Positions 63,684-64,000 of a stretch of 64,000 bases of DNA are shown one piece after another. Each line of letters begins with the position of its first letter. Position 1 is the stretch's first letter. Under the pieces are notes generated by a model. The model saw only the letters and a program-made list of their open reading frames with translations. It did no database searches and had not been told where the DNA came from. The stretch comes from Octopus sinensis (lineage: Eukaryota). The stretch spans positions 54,436,001 through 54,500,000 of the forward strand of contig NC_043002.1 of NCBI RefSeq assembly GCF_006345805.1. Reading direction: 5' to 3'. Both the position numbers and the translations under genes were made by a program.

Positions 63684-64000
63684 GCATGTATGTATGTATG
63701 TATGTATGTATGTATGCATGCATGTATGTATGTCTGTATATATATGTGTCTGTGTGTGTATGTATATATATATATGTAGTGAATTGCTTCTTAGATATTT
63801 AGCCAAGATTCGAAAACCAGTCCAGATTTTTCTACGAGTTCTTTTTTGCTGTTGTCATCATTTGCACCAGGAAATTTATGAGTGTCATCTGTTTCCCTGC
63901 GGTCATTTCAAGTCAAATCTAGGTCAAGACATATAACAGACGAAAGATCCTTTGTTTAGCCCGACCTAATTTATTTAGAAAAAATATAAATACGGAACCC

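Overview
AT-rich, microsatellite-saturated animal genomic DNA. The SINE families and RTE LINEs resemble repeats I recall from octopod (Octopus) genomes; this is inferred, not verified by search. No host protein-coding exon could be recognised: every interpretable ORF is a decayed transposon fragment (RTE, CR1-like and Penelope-like retroelements; mariner, Tigger/pogo and Helitron DNA transposons) or a microsatellite artefact. At least six SINE-like families and several MITEs with TIRs/TSDs are present. The main unexpected signal is a set of type I minimal hammerhead ribozyme motifs: six intact or near-intact (2513, 17610, 21380, 21851, 26366, 43002) plus decayed copies (2851, 56419). Four carry different perfect 8-nt palindromes at exactly the stem III position. 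One pair sits in a ~340-nt tandem repeat (retrozyme-like), one has a ~100-nt stem II, and one lies just downstream of a decayed GIY-YIG frame. Also notable: a pre-miRNA-like hairpin (12751-12849), a 138-bp fold-back (33246-33383), a PHD-finger motif in the RTE ORF2, and a CpG-rich candidate divergent promoter (~30.2-30.5 kb). All structures were folded and translated by eye; none was computed or tested.
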